Source: Octopus vulgaris (taxonomy: Eukaryota). From it: a stretch of 64,000 nt of DNA. Within the stretch, counting starts at the first letter, position 1. Every line of letters begins with the position of its first letter. The position numbers and the translations under genes are program-made. The notes below the pieces were generated by a model, which saw only the letters and a program-made list of their open reading frames with translations, had not been told where the DNA came from and searched no databases. The stretch is taken from positions 31,558,001-31,622,000 of the forward strand of contig OX597821.1 of the NCBI GenBank assembly GCA_951406725.2, in the 5' to 3' direction. Below are positions 11,939 through 23,698 of the stretch, one piece after another.

Positions 11939-13089
11939 AAATGTTCACTATAAAATTATTTTAGCATTTTCTATTTTGACTTGTTTTTTCATATATATCA
12001 ACTCGTGTGTTCCTTTTCACCCTTATATATATATGTATATATATATATATATGTTTTATCATGTATGTATGTGTGAATATATACATATACATAGAAATAT
12101 ATATACATATGAACACGTGTGTGTGTATGTTTATGACGTATAGTCGCCAGTTAATTGGGGCACTGATTACAAGTTATATCAAGTATATTATAAATTAATA
12201 TGCAAATTCAACCAATTGCCTTAGGGGCATAGTGGATTTCGTTTCTGATAAAAAACAACAACATTTAGTTAATATGTTCTTGAAAAGATAAACAAGAAGT
12301 GTAGATGAGTAGTATATTATTGATAAAGAGTAAGTGATATTTGCTTCCGAATCAGAACTCATTCAGTTTTTTTTTTATTATTTTAATCCTATTAATTTTA
12401 CCTGACAATCAATCATTACTTTAATGAAATTTCAGTTCACTTTTCAGGTTTATGTTTTCGAATATTTATTATTTAATTTTGCATTCCATTTCTATTAAGC
12501 GGTTATAAAATATGTATACATAGATAAATTGATATTCCTTTCTAGGCTGCATAAATTCTCAAGTGTTGTGCGCATACACTAGTCTCATGACCTTGTATTA
12601 ACCCATACTGCCTCATATTCACTATACTCGAACACTGAGACCGGAAATATAAAATGCATATTGTCCTAGTGTTAAAGGTAAAGTCTCTGGATATCAATTC
12701 AAGAGCCTGTTTTCTGGATCTTGATTAATCGTTTACTTTTCAATCATTTTCCTCTTGCAATAAGATGGCAATTAAAATGGTTAATAGCTGTGGATTTTAA
12801 CTGTAGTCACTAAGGAAACATTTTAATTCAAAATATATGCATAAAAATTACTGTATCTATGGCTTGCAACTTTTAGCTCTTATGAAAAAATTGATTTACA
12901 AAGCCCGATACATTAATATTAAAATTTTACTGAATGCAACTTTCTATCATACTAAGCAAGGCAAGCGGAAAACGAAGTGTTGACCTAATTACGTTTGAAA
13001 ACGAAAACGTAAATACGCACACCCACACAAATATATATGTTAGAAAAATATAAAAAAACAACCATTAAAAAAAAGTAAGAAAAAAGGTA

Positions 13090-13307
13090 CAATGATCCCT
13101 CGTCATATCGCGGTTCACCTATCACGGTTAATTATTTAAGCTTACGTCGATTCCTCCGTGGCGTTATTTTGCAGTTATAATAGAATAATTCAAATTATAA
13201 TAATAATAAAACATAATACAAAGTACAGTACTTTTTCTACTTCTCGGATTTTCACCTATCGTGTGGGGTTTTGGATCGTAACTCCCGCGATAGTCGAGGG
13301 GTTACTG
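13090..13307. mobile_element. Tc1/mariner (pogo/Tigger-like) MITE
   Basis: TA|caatgatccctcgtcatatcgcg ... cgcgatagtcgaggggttactg|TA: imperfect TIRs of the CAGT..CCCTCG type with TA TSD. Confidence 0.8.
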
Positions 13308-13339
13308 TATATGTATTTAACCTTTCACCATAAGATATG

Positions 13340-13745
13340 TATGGAAATGTGACAAGAGAAAAAATGGGACGATGTCGCATAGGAATTTGCGGAAAGTACG
13401 TAAAATGGTGCTTTGAATTGGTAGGAGGTGCGATGGTAGCTAAGGATGGTAGAGTCGGAGGCAGATGGGTTACGGGTACGGTCGAGGACTGTCTTGATAA
13501 TGGTGGGGTATATACCTTTTAGCTGAAGCCAGGAGTTGGAACGGTGCTTCTAAGTCACAATTTTCACTACAAAACCGAAAGAGTCGTTGAAACTGAGATT
13601 ACTGGATACACAGTGTGGTGTGGTTAGAGTGGAGAGAAGTTGGTGTAGGAGTGGGAGTATGAGGTTTTCAATAGGATGGGGTGTTTATAGCGAAGTTATT
13701 GATATCAACAAATGAAAGTGTTGGAAATAGATCAGGAGAATCTCC
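13340..13745 (-). mobile_element. Highly degenerate PLE RT-thumb remnant
   Basis: Minus strand contains SFVDI.., SHSY.NFS and SQFQRLFRFCSENCDLE, resembling PLE SQ.LRLRRICS. Confidence 0.55.
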
Positions 13746-13947
13746 GAGCGGTCATGGGTGATGAAAAGGGGGAAGACTTGATGTGATCTCATTCGCAGGA
13801 GAATGAGGTCACATCGATACAATCGTCGATCTAGCAACGATATATCTCAGGAGTTACACCGGTTACATGTAAGAAAACGTGGATATTTGAGCGTTATCGA
13901 AGCCGAGAGAACGCAAACACATACACACACGCTCTCTCTCATACACA

Positions 13948-14003
<56 letters not shown>

Positions 14004-14010
14004 AACATAT

Positions 14011-14071
<61 letters not shown>

Positions 14072-14120
14072 AGTAGTAACAGAAAAGAGGAATTTCGATT
14101 ATCCTCACGTGGTGAGTTGT

Positions 14121-14260
14121 TTTAATATAATTTTTAATATAACGACCGGTTTCGCTATCGCTATTCATGATATTATGTTGAATATATATTCAAATAAGTA
14201 AAACATAATATCATGAATAGCGATAGCGAAACCGGTCGATATATTAAACATTATATTAAA
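14121..14260. repeat. ~59-bp inverted repeat; each arm carries a minimal hammerhead (A3-U8 core)
   Basis: 14121-14179 versus 14202-14260; plus arm AUAUC-AUGAAUA-GC(GAUA)GC-GAAACCGGUC-GAUAU at 14208-14242. Confidence 0.8.
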
Positions 14261-15871
14261 ATTATGTAAGTGTGTGTATTTTCCTTTTTTAATTTCTTAT
14301 ATATATATATATAGATATCTTTACACCGATTTTTTCGAGATCACTAATAAAATTCCAAATTCGTAAACGGAAATTTTGAAATATGTGATTTTCAAAAGTT
14401 TAATGAATCATTGTAATCTATTTCTCATCGCGCTAAAACTCACCTTGATAAATTTCTAAAACAAATATTTGTCAGAAGCTGATTTTTGAATCTCTACTGG
14501 AAGATCTTAGTTCACGGAAAAGTGAATTTCCAGTTAGCTACTGGAGACGACATTCTTCCGTCTCTACATTCTTCCTCAAAGTTATGGTGTAAAGTTTTAA
14601 TGCGGCAAAAATATTTCAAGCTGGTTAAAATATTATTATCTTCTTCAAAGTTTAAAACATATCAAATAAAATGCTATGGTCGTTATACAACTATAATTTT
14701 TTCCATCAAAGATTCTAATGTCATGTATCTCGGTTAAAAAGGAACTATTATCATGTTACGTAGCTTGTAGCTTGCACAAATGGTAACATTAAAAGCTTCG
14801 TTTGAAAACAATTTTTAGAATTCAAAAATAAATCACGTTGAAATCCTCTTCACATATCGTCCACGATATGTTTGATATCTTTTATATTTTATCGTCCACC
14901 GGTTTCAGCAAAAGGTTAGGTCGATGCTGGAGCAATACCTTTCAGTGTGTTTCTGTACTGTTCTTGGTGTATACATATATATGCATACACCGAATTTAAT
15001 TCGATTCCTACTCACGCTTCTCACATCGTAGGATTTTGAGTTAATAAATAATGCGTCTACATTTTAACATCCATCACCCTCATAATCTTCCTCAGATATA
15101 GATTTTTATATAATACTGAGTTTTAATTTTTTTTCTTTGATTGGGTTACGCAATTATAACTTACAGCATCTCCTAAGTAAATAACAAATACGAAATTTCC
15201 AATTAAATCAATTAAATCAAGTATCGGTTATATCTTATGCTTACTATGAAAACCTATAAGAACCTGTTTTTCAGACGTTTAATTGTGTGCACTGAACGCT
15301 GATAGGAATCTAATCTTATCCTCTCAGATTTCATAGTTTAGTATCGTGCTATTGCAACTCGTTTTTCGATATTTTTCTCATTTTGTCACACACTATATCT
15401 GGGTACGAGAAACGCTCTAAAACGACGCTTAGAAAACGTCATTTCTTTCCACAATGTACAGGACATGCATCTCCACAATTATCCATTCACTAGCATATTG
15501 ATACACGCAGTACATTAGCGTATGTCAGAGACTAGGTTAATGCTAAATCAGTCTCATAACGCACAACTTTATTATTTCTTTTTTCATTTGCTCTACATAT
15601 TGCAGTTCCCGTCTTTTCCGTGGAAAGAATTATTTGTTAATTTAAATCTTATAGTTTCATTCAAATACGTGTAAAATTTTAGTGTATTAAAATACACAGC
15701 CTGTAAACACTATATATCTTAGAATTCATTATATTAATTATTCTGCTATCGTACTTTTATATATTACAAATAAATGAAACTTTTGGGAGGAAATTCACAT
15801 TGAATAAGAGTTTGAATTTTGAACATTGACACGTCTATATACACACACACATACACGCAAACAAACATATG

Positions 15872-15943
<72 letters not shown>

Positions 15944-15957
15944 TATATATACAAGTA

Positions 15958-16257
15958 GGGTTTTGGTCAGTTAGTATCTGACCTACAACCTCATATGTTC
16001 CTAAGAATTTAATGATTTCTCTACACTGACCTAATTTTCTTGTCACTACATCCATAAATTGAACTTCTGTTCTAGTGACAACCTGAACATCTTTTACATA
16101 TCCTGAATTTCCTCCTCTTTTCTACAACTAACTTGAATTCTTTACCTACCCTTACCCTAATCCTTATAGCTAAAGAAATTTTCTTACAGCAGGCAGTTAT
16201 AAACAAAGTTTTGGTCAGTTAGCATCTGAACCGCACTACCTCATGTTCCTAAGATTC
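15958..16257. repeat. Diverged ~50-bp direct repeat pair
   Basis: gttttggtcagttag[t/c]atctga...acctca..tgttcctaaga at ~15960 and ~16208. Confidence 0.65.
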
Positions 16258-16563
16258 ATATCTACATCTTTATCTGTATATTTACCTTCCCTTAGATGTT
16301 ATTAATTGATTTGAAAACTTTTATATTATTGGAAAACCTATATAAATTAGCTGAAGATTACTCAGCATGTTAAATCTGGTGTAATATTTACAGCGTTTAA
16401 TAAAATGTTGTAGTATGAAACAATTGTACTAAATTACCGGATTCATTCTTGTTGCTTATTTTTTTTATTATAATCATCCCGCATATTTTTATGGGTAACA
16501 CCATACACAATTCTGGTGCATCTAAATTAAGTATCATATTCATTTTAATCTAAATTGTTTTTG

Positions 16564-16684
<121 letters not shown>

Positions 16685-16917
16685 CTTCACCATCAAAGTA
16701 CAACTGAGGTTACAGAACCCCTTGTAAATAACATCCTACTATTAATTCTAAAATATTACTACTATTTGCAGATTAAAAGTAAGACAAGTTATTGTAGGAT
16801 ATACAACTATATAAAAATTTTCCTTGAAGTCAGTCAGATCATATTATTTCCATATCACGTATAATGATTGAAACAGCTCTTCAGTTATGGATCTCCTTAA
16901 ATTATTGATATATATAA

Positions 16918-16951
<34 letters not shown>

Positions 16952-17812
16952 TGTGTGTGCATCGTATGAGATTAATTTGTATCATTATTATCGTCACCAC
17001 CTCACTACAATCAGCAGTATTAACGATATTATATCTTTTTGATATTGAAGTTTTGCTGTGAGGACATTGGATTGATTAGAACGCTAATTAAATTTTTTTT
17101 AACATCTGAGTTCAATCTTGGCATGATCAATTATGACATTTTTCTACTCGATGTCGGAAAAAGCACCTCCCAATTACTGGTATCGACTAAACCTGCCCTC
17201 AAATTTTTGTTCGTATGCTTAAGATAAATAAAATTATTAAGTTTATTTTCTCTTCGTTCTATATTTCCTTCGAATCTGAAGATAAGGCATCCATGATTTG
17301 ATGAAATTCCCAAACAGTTTTGAAAATTATCTATTTTGTTCCATATAAGTTGCATTTCTCTCTGTTTACGTACAAAATTTTTACAACATTCTGCTTTTGG
17401 CTTTTCAAGTTGACGCTAGTTATTTTGCTATAAATGTTTATTTTGGTAACTTTTCATGTTCTTCGTCAGTACATGGCCAGTCATCATTTCAGCACGCTCT
17501 ACAAGCAGTTTTCAGGTAAAATATCTGACCAAAATCTTCAGATGAAGAATCACTCTATGGACATAGTTGCAGTAGTGTGCATATATGATTAATTGTAAGA
17601 TGCTAAGACATGAACATGGTCATTGTATTCTAAATGGGAGAAAGGCGTCAAATAAATCGTCAAGAAAAGGTATCATTTATGACACTATTCTTGAAATTCA
17701 TACGAAACTAATTTACGAGGTTAACCTTCATCTCTAGGATGTTCCATAAATTTAGGAGCCACCAGAAAGTGATGTGTGCATAACGCAATCTATTCTAACT
17801 CCTGTGAAATTT

Positions 17813-18236
17813 GGATCTCTTCGGTTTGGACGGCAGTTTTTAACATAATTTCTAGGTGGCTAAAAAATTCTAAACTTCGTATACTGGTAAAATGTGTATA
17901 TAAAACATCTTTTTCTCTTGGCTTTATTGAGAAAATTCCATAGTTTGTAAGATATTTCTTTTTGTTTCTTCATTTTCTGCAATTTCAACCAATCAGTGAC
18001 GTCCATTGAGGTAAACAACATTCTGTGTCGTATGAATATGTCCCTCGTTTAAGAAATAGATTGGGTTTATTTACATTTGTGAAGAAAAAAGACACCCTTC
18101 CTCCCACCCATAACCCTAACTAGCCCTAACCCTAAAACAGATTGAAATGCAATAGATCGATACTAGGGTCATAATTATGGGTGACAATTTCATATGACAC
18201 CGCTAGAAAAAACTGTCGTTCAAACCGAAAGGATCC
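17813..18236. mobile_element. MITE with GG-starting TIRs and 8-bp TSD (Merlin-like)
   Basis: TIR ggatctcttcggtttggacggcagttttt / aaaaactgtcgttcaaaccgaaaggatcc; flanks tgaaattt and tgacattt (7 of 8 match); internal (CCCTAA)-like run. Confidence 0.8.
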
Positions 18237-20548
18237 TGACATTTCTGTAAAATGACATTCCATTAAATGCCATCTTCGACTGTAACACTTATGGTCGATG
18301 CATCATTGAAGTTTTCTAACACCTGAATAATTTTCTTAATTTTCATCTTGAATGCCGATTTGACCCTATGAAAACATCAAAGAGAAGCAACAATTGTTTG
18401 TCGGAGAACTGAGTGAGATACTACGTAAGTTTACGTCTTTCTCTAAATTGTTTTACTTGAGAGGATTAGAAAATATTTCGATTGTCCAATCATTTTCTTT
18501 AGTGATATAGTCTTCTACTCCTGGGCTACAACGGATAGCTAACTTCATAATTATGGTACTGTGATATATTGACAAGTGCTTCAGTTTATAAGTAAGAAAG
18601 CAATGTAACCTAAAAGTATTAATGATTTGGATTCTTATCCCGTAATGTTATTATCTCTGATAAAAGAGTGATGCATAGTAAATGCATCGCACTGGTTTGA
18701 GATTACTAATCCTCTTAATAACTCTACATAGAATTACCCAATCCTGCATATTCTAAGAGAAATTATTCGTGGTTCATGCTTGCTTGCGACTCAAATGCAT
18801 TATATACTATAGCAGGGAGACACATTGGGAAGTTGCCTTGGTGACTTTGACCTCAGTTTGTTCTGTTGAATTAAGGAACTGAAGTAAAGAGCCTCGCGCT
18901 ACATATATTAATAATCTGTTGCATATTTCCAGTAACATTATAATCAACGAGATAGAAAGAGAGAGAGAAGTAAATTAATGCATAAAAGACTATTCATATA
19001 TTATTTATGCTGTAGTGTTCTGTTCGGTGTGAGAATATGAAAGATTACCGATATATAGAGATGAATATAAAATTATTCATTTACAGACTACAATAATAAT
19101 TGTCTGTATTACTGCTAATATTTAATTGTAATAGTTAATTTTGCCGGGAACGCTAATAATATTTCTTTGTGGCTAGTTAATAATATAGAAAGTGATACAT
19201 TCATTATTCATTGATATTTATAATATTCCATGCATAATTGTGAAATTTCATCAACCATTTTCAATTACCAGTATGCTCTGGAATTAATTAAATGTCGTTG
19301 CTTAACATTTGAAATGTAAATTAATAATAACAGTTTATATTACAATATATTGCACAACGCCAGTGCGTGTAGATTATTCAAATAAATTGGGCATTTTGTG
19401 AGCCAGGAGTCAAATATTATTACATGTTGTAACATATGCAATTTCATATTGAGAGAATTAATAAAATATAGCAATTTGAAATTTGAAATATATATTCAAT
19501 TTCGAATTAAAACTAAATACGTCCAGGTTTCATTAATTCTCAGATGCAAGCAGACCACAGTCGAATAATTATTTCCCTAGCATAATCTTTTCATAAATTA
19601 TATACCTCAGTTTCTGATACCGACTGGGAATTTATAAATTCCAAATTCCAAATAATAAAAGAAGAAGACAAGAAGAAGAACAAGAAAAAGAAGAAGTGAT
19701 GAGCTTTGACAATTATTCAAGATATATGTCTAGCACTCTCAGGGTAGATGCTGCTCTAAACATCACAACTCTTGTTAACCTGCGTTAACTGGATGTTGCG
19801 ATGATGGGTGGGTTCGGACATTGTCTACCACGATTCCAATCAGTTGCACCTGCTCTGCTGAGGATCACTCACGAGATTGATTTGTCCAATTGTGAAGTTC
19901 TGAGCCTCAATTACGATACAATGAGCTTCACATTTTCTGACTCGGACGGCTGATCATCAATCCACCATGTACAGGTGAACTCCAAGAAAGACATCCTTAT
20001 ACTCGAAGTCTGAAACCAACGAGTCACTAACGAGATGTCCAACGTCCGGTTTCATGGCACCAAATGACCACAGGCAATTTTACCCATCTGATATGGTTGT
20101 TTCGGCCTCTGGTTTCCAACTTCACCTGCCTTGTTAGCATTCCTCCAATCGGAGACTTATTTTCCTGTCCCTATCAACAACTTACTCAACATTACAACTA
20201 AAACTATTGTGATCGAGGAACGTGAGATGAGTTACTTACATGAAACCAATTCGACCAACACCATACAAATCTTCAGTCTCCTCTTCCATTTCTAGGCATC
20301 CAAACCACACAAAACAAATATATTATCACTCAACTGAATAGCTACAGTTTGCGAATAATTGTTTTTAATACCGCTACGGATTCAATATGGGCCTCGGCTA
20401 TCACTAAAGTTCCGTTGTGGTTAAGCTGCATAAACATCGGAATTAAGAGGAAACACTGTAACCGCCAGGATTATATATTCGTTTGAACTCATTTTTGGAT
20501 ATATGTATATCTATATGTCTATCTGCCCATCAATCTACCATCTCTCTT

Positions 20549-20583
<35 letters not shown>

Positions 20584-20715
20584 GTATATATATATATACG
20601 TATTTCAAAATCGAAAATTACCCTTTTTCAAATATCGCGCGCAGGCGCATTTACAGTCAGCAATAGATACAATGCCGAGCTGAAACTTCGAGAATGCTAA
20701 GAACATATTCATAAG

Positions 20716-20756
<41 letters not shown>

Positions 20757-20762
<6 letters not shown>

Positions 20763-21301
20763 GGCGAATACTCGTTATAAGTATCACCATCAGTATTCGC
20801 CACCCTATATATATATGTACCTTATGAATATGTTCTTAGCATTCTCGAAGTTTCAGCTCGGCATTGTATCTATTGCTGACTGTAAATGCGCCTGCGTGCG
20901 ATATTTGAAAATCTATAGTGTATAATGATGGGACACGTGTTATCTGGTCTCTGAATTATAGGTTAGTTGTTTAGGCCGGTTACTGACGAGAATTCGCCTG
21001 GTAGATAATATGGTCATGCAAAATTATCTATTAACAGATGGCAAGCAATATTATTTGCTAAAGAAATTCGAAACCATGGTATAACCGTTATATAACAAGG
21101 TAAAGGTTTTTATTTTTCATTTACTTCGAAATTTGCTATAAAATTGTGATTTTTGGCCGTGTTTGGCTGCTATTTCTAGCATGTACAAATTACCTGTTAA
21201 AGGGTAATTTTCTATTTTGAAATACGAATATGTTGTCTATTGACTTTTTATACATGCTAGGCCACTGGTGGTGATATTTATAACGAGTATTCGCCACCCT
21301 G
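20757..21301. mobile_element. Tc1/mariner-like MITE with rearranged interior
   Basis: ~37-bp TIRs agggtggcgaatactcgttataa[g/a]tatcacca at 20757-20793 and 21265-21301 with TA flanks. Confidence 0.7.
20977..21087 (+). ncRNA. Type I hammerhead ribozyme with canonical core and extended loop II
   Basis: CGGUUA-CUGACGA-GAAUU-[~70 nt]-AAUUC-GAAACCAUGGUA-UAACCG; 6-bp helix I, 5-bp helix II, palindromic ACCAUGGU helix III, GUA site at 21079-21081. Confidence 0.8.
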
Positions 21302-22528
21302 TATATAGACACAGAAGACACAGTAAAACATATACAACCCAGCAGGACTACTGATAAACAACTGTAATTACTGGAAGATCTACTATTTTCTGTGAGTAAT
21401 TTGAATTTCCCTCAAAATAAGTTAAAGAGTTCCAAACCTACAGTTTGGGACAAAAATTTTAGAATCATAAATATCTCCATTTTTTGTGTGAACATTTTGC
21501 CGTCCCCTCTTCCTTGAGTATCAGATTATGTAAAAATGTCTTTATTGTAACAACACAATTAAATGCACGCTAGAAGTATGGACGTAAACACCAGCTAACC
21601 TTTATTTTCTTCTTGACTACCCGAAATATGCAGACATACCTTTTATTGCAATCACAGTATTAAACACGTGGAGATTAAGAAGAAAAATAAAGAAAAGAAA
21701 CAATACTCTCTATAGTTTCACTCTGCTCGTACACGACTCTATTCACAAGTACTGTTTATAGTCGGCCCCTCCTTGATTTTTCTCAAAGTCAAGGTCACTG
21801 CTCGCAAGTTCCATCAACACTATTGCAGACAATTTGAACTCTCTTTGACCGATCGTTTTTCATCTCACTTTATGAACTATTGCTACTGCTGCTATCAGAA
21901 TTTACTGCTGTTACTACTATCGCTACAATTAGAAACATACAAGTTGACGATGACACCGAGATGTCTTTCCCCGTGTCTGAATTATACCGGTGGCACCAAC
22001 GAAAAATCCCTTTCTTTCTCTGTGTTGGGAGAATTTACAATAAAAACACACCCTCAGCCCTCCCTCCAACGTATAAATTACTTTAAAAATAAATACTTTA
22101 AAGGGAAAAACGTGAGAAAAAAAGAAAAAAATTAATAATCTAAATTAACGATAGACAAAAAAATGTGCCTTCTCGCACATAAAAACATTATTCACACATA
22201 TACAAACATGCGCAGACGCAATTATTGAAGTACTAAATGGCACGTCAAATGATATTTAATCGTGTGGAACATTTTACATGCATATCAATATTCTAAAGTT
22301 GGACCTACTATCCCTTATCCTAAAGCTGCTTCAGACAATTAGGAAGGGTTCCCGACTCGTTGCACCGTCTGCTTTCAATCTTGGATTGTGATTCGGCTCA
22401 GCCCAAACTCTCTCAGATTTTGTCTGCTGTTGCCTACTCCTACAAGGATTGCAACTGTTTTTTGTTCCTGATTTAACTCAGATTTGTCCTAGAGCCCATA
22501 GAAGATTGTTTTTAGTCAACCATCTATC

Positions 22529-23698
22529 ATGTCAGCTACCTACAGATCGAAACTGAGATCTGCAAGAAGGGCTTCTCATCAAGATGATGGTCCTACCAAT
22601 AGTCAGCTCAACGAACAGTTGCTGTTGCTCAAACAAGAGGTCGAGCACCTAAAGTCTGTTGTTGCTCTTTTACTGAATAAACAGTCTCCTATTGACGCAG
22701 AGTCACCCTTGATTTCTTCCCTGGAGACGTCCAAACCGAAGGGAACAAAATCGAAGCGGCCAAAGAAGGCAAAGGAACCGGCGGTCGTTTTTGCACATGA
22801 TCGTTCCTGTGCGGATTCTTTCTCATCTGCCTTTTCGGTCCCGGAGGTTCCCCAACCTAATTTGAGGAGCGTAGACTCAAACCCACCTGAAGACCGTTGT
22901 TCTCCCCAAAAGAAGAAACGTAGTCAAAACTCCAGGGGGGCAGATTTAGCTATGAAACCTGATCACGATAAAATCTGTTTGGATTCTCCCTCACTTGTCC
23001 TTCCCATTAATGCCATTGCTCAACCAATTCTGAACGATCTCGATGTGAGTTCATCTGGGGAGTGGTGCTCCCCCAAACCGAAGAAGAGGCAGTTCAGTTC
23101 CAAACCAGGCGGGAAAATTATGACCACTAAACCCATTCCGATCGACCCCACAGGCCGACATAAGTCTGATGGCTATGAAACCACCCTTTCGAAATCATCC
23201 AATGAAGAATCGAATACCGCAGCTCATAGTAGAGAACATTTTGCCCACTCAAGATCAGCAATAATTTATGGTAAAGCTGAATCCACCTATGAAACAGGCA
23301 TAAACCGCCTAAAGGAACACATTAATTTTGTTTCCATTTTAGTTGGAGAATTGTTCTCTGTGAACGAAAATGTCAGTATCAATAAGGTCGCTCGGCTAGG
23401 AAGATTCCAAGCGAACCCAACCTCAGATACTAGACCACGCCCAGTAAGGGTAATCTTTTCTTCCGATCGGGAGGCTTCAGCCTTTCTGAACAGAGCTCAG
23501 ACGCATGCCTGGGAGGACCCCAATATGGCTTTTCGCGAGGAATACTCACTGAGAGAGAGAATTCGCCGGAGAAACCTAATATCCGAACTAAAGATGAGGA
23601 AACAGATGGGAGAGAAGGGTTTACGCATCCAAGATGGACAAATAATCAAGTCCTACCTCTGGTCGCATGCTGTAGTGCTGACAGGGAAAGTGAAGTGA
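22529..23698 (+). CDS. LINE ORF1 protein (389 aa; N-terminal coiled coil, C-terminal RRM-like/L1 ORF1-type region)
   Basis: Open ATG-stop frame; LNEQLLLLKQEVEHLK heptads; SAIIYGKAES, VARLGRF..RPRPVRVIF and EYSLRER..R..L..ELK.R...GE motifs typical of CR1/L2 ORF1. Confidence 0.85.
   Translation: MSATYRSKLRSARRASHQDDGPTNSQLNEQLLLLKQEVEHLKSVVALLLNKQSPIDAESPLISSLETSKPKGTKSKRPKKAKEPAVVFAHDRSCADSFSSAFSVPEVPQPNLRSVDSNPPEDRCSPQKKKRSQNSRGADLAMKPDHDKICLDSPSLVLPINAIAQPILNDLDVSSSGEWCSPKPKKRQFSSKPGGKIMTTKPIPIDPTGRHKSDGYETTLSKSSNEESNTAAHSREHFAHSRSAIIYGKAESTYETGINRLKEHINFVSILVGELFSVNENVSINKVARLGRFQANPTSDTRPRPVRVIFSSDREASAFLNRAQTHAWEDPNMAFREEYSLRERIRRRNLISELKMRKQMGEKGLRIQDGQIIKSYLWSHAVVLTGKVK

Larger units (their letters stand above)
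9864..11998 (-). mobile_element. 5'-truncated Penelope-like element (Neptune-type) with inverted pseudo-LTR
   Basis: RT C-terminus (IQFPMEYS..LPFLDI..TDIYYKPTDSKQYLPFNSCHP), Cys-rich linker and GIY-YIG (LIYSLTCSGCQEQYIGQT..LRKRM..H); 9864-10167 is reverse-complementary to 11629-11998; TA-rich flanks. Confidence 0.92.

Noticed and set aside
18108-18135. Telomeric CCCTAA repeats (also ~16148-16168)
   Set aside because: Only a few degenerate units inside interspersed repeats; not a telomere or fusion site.
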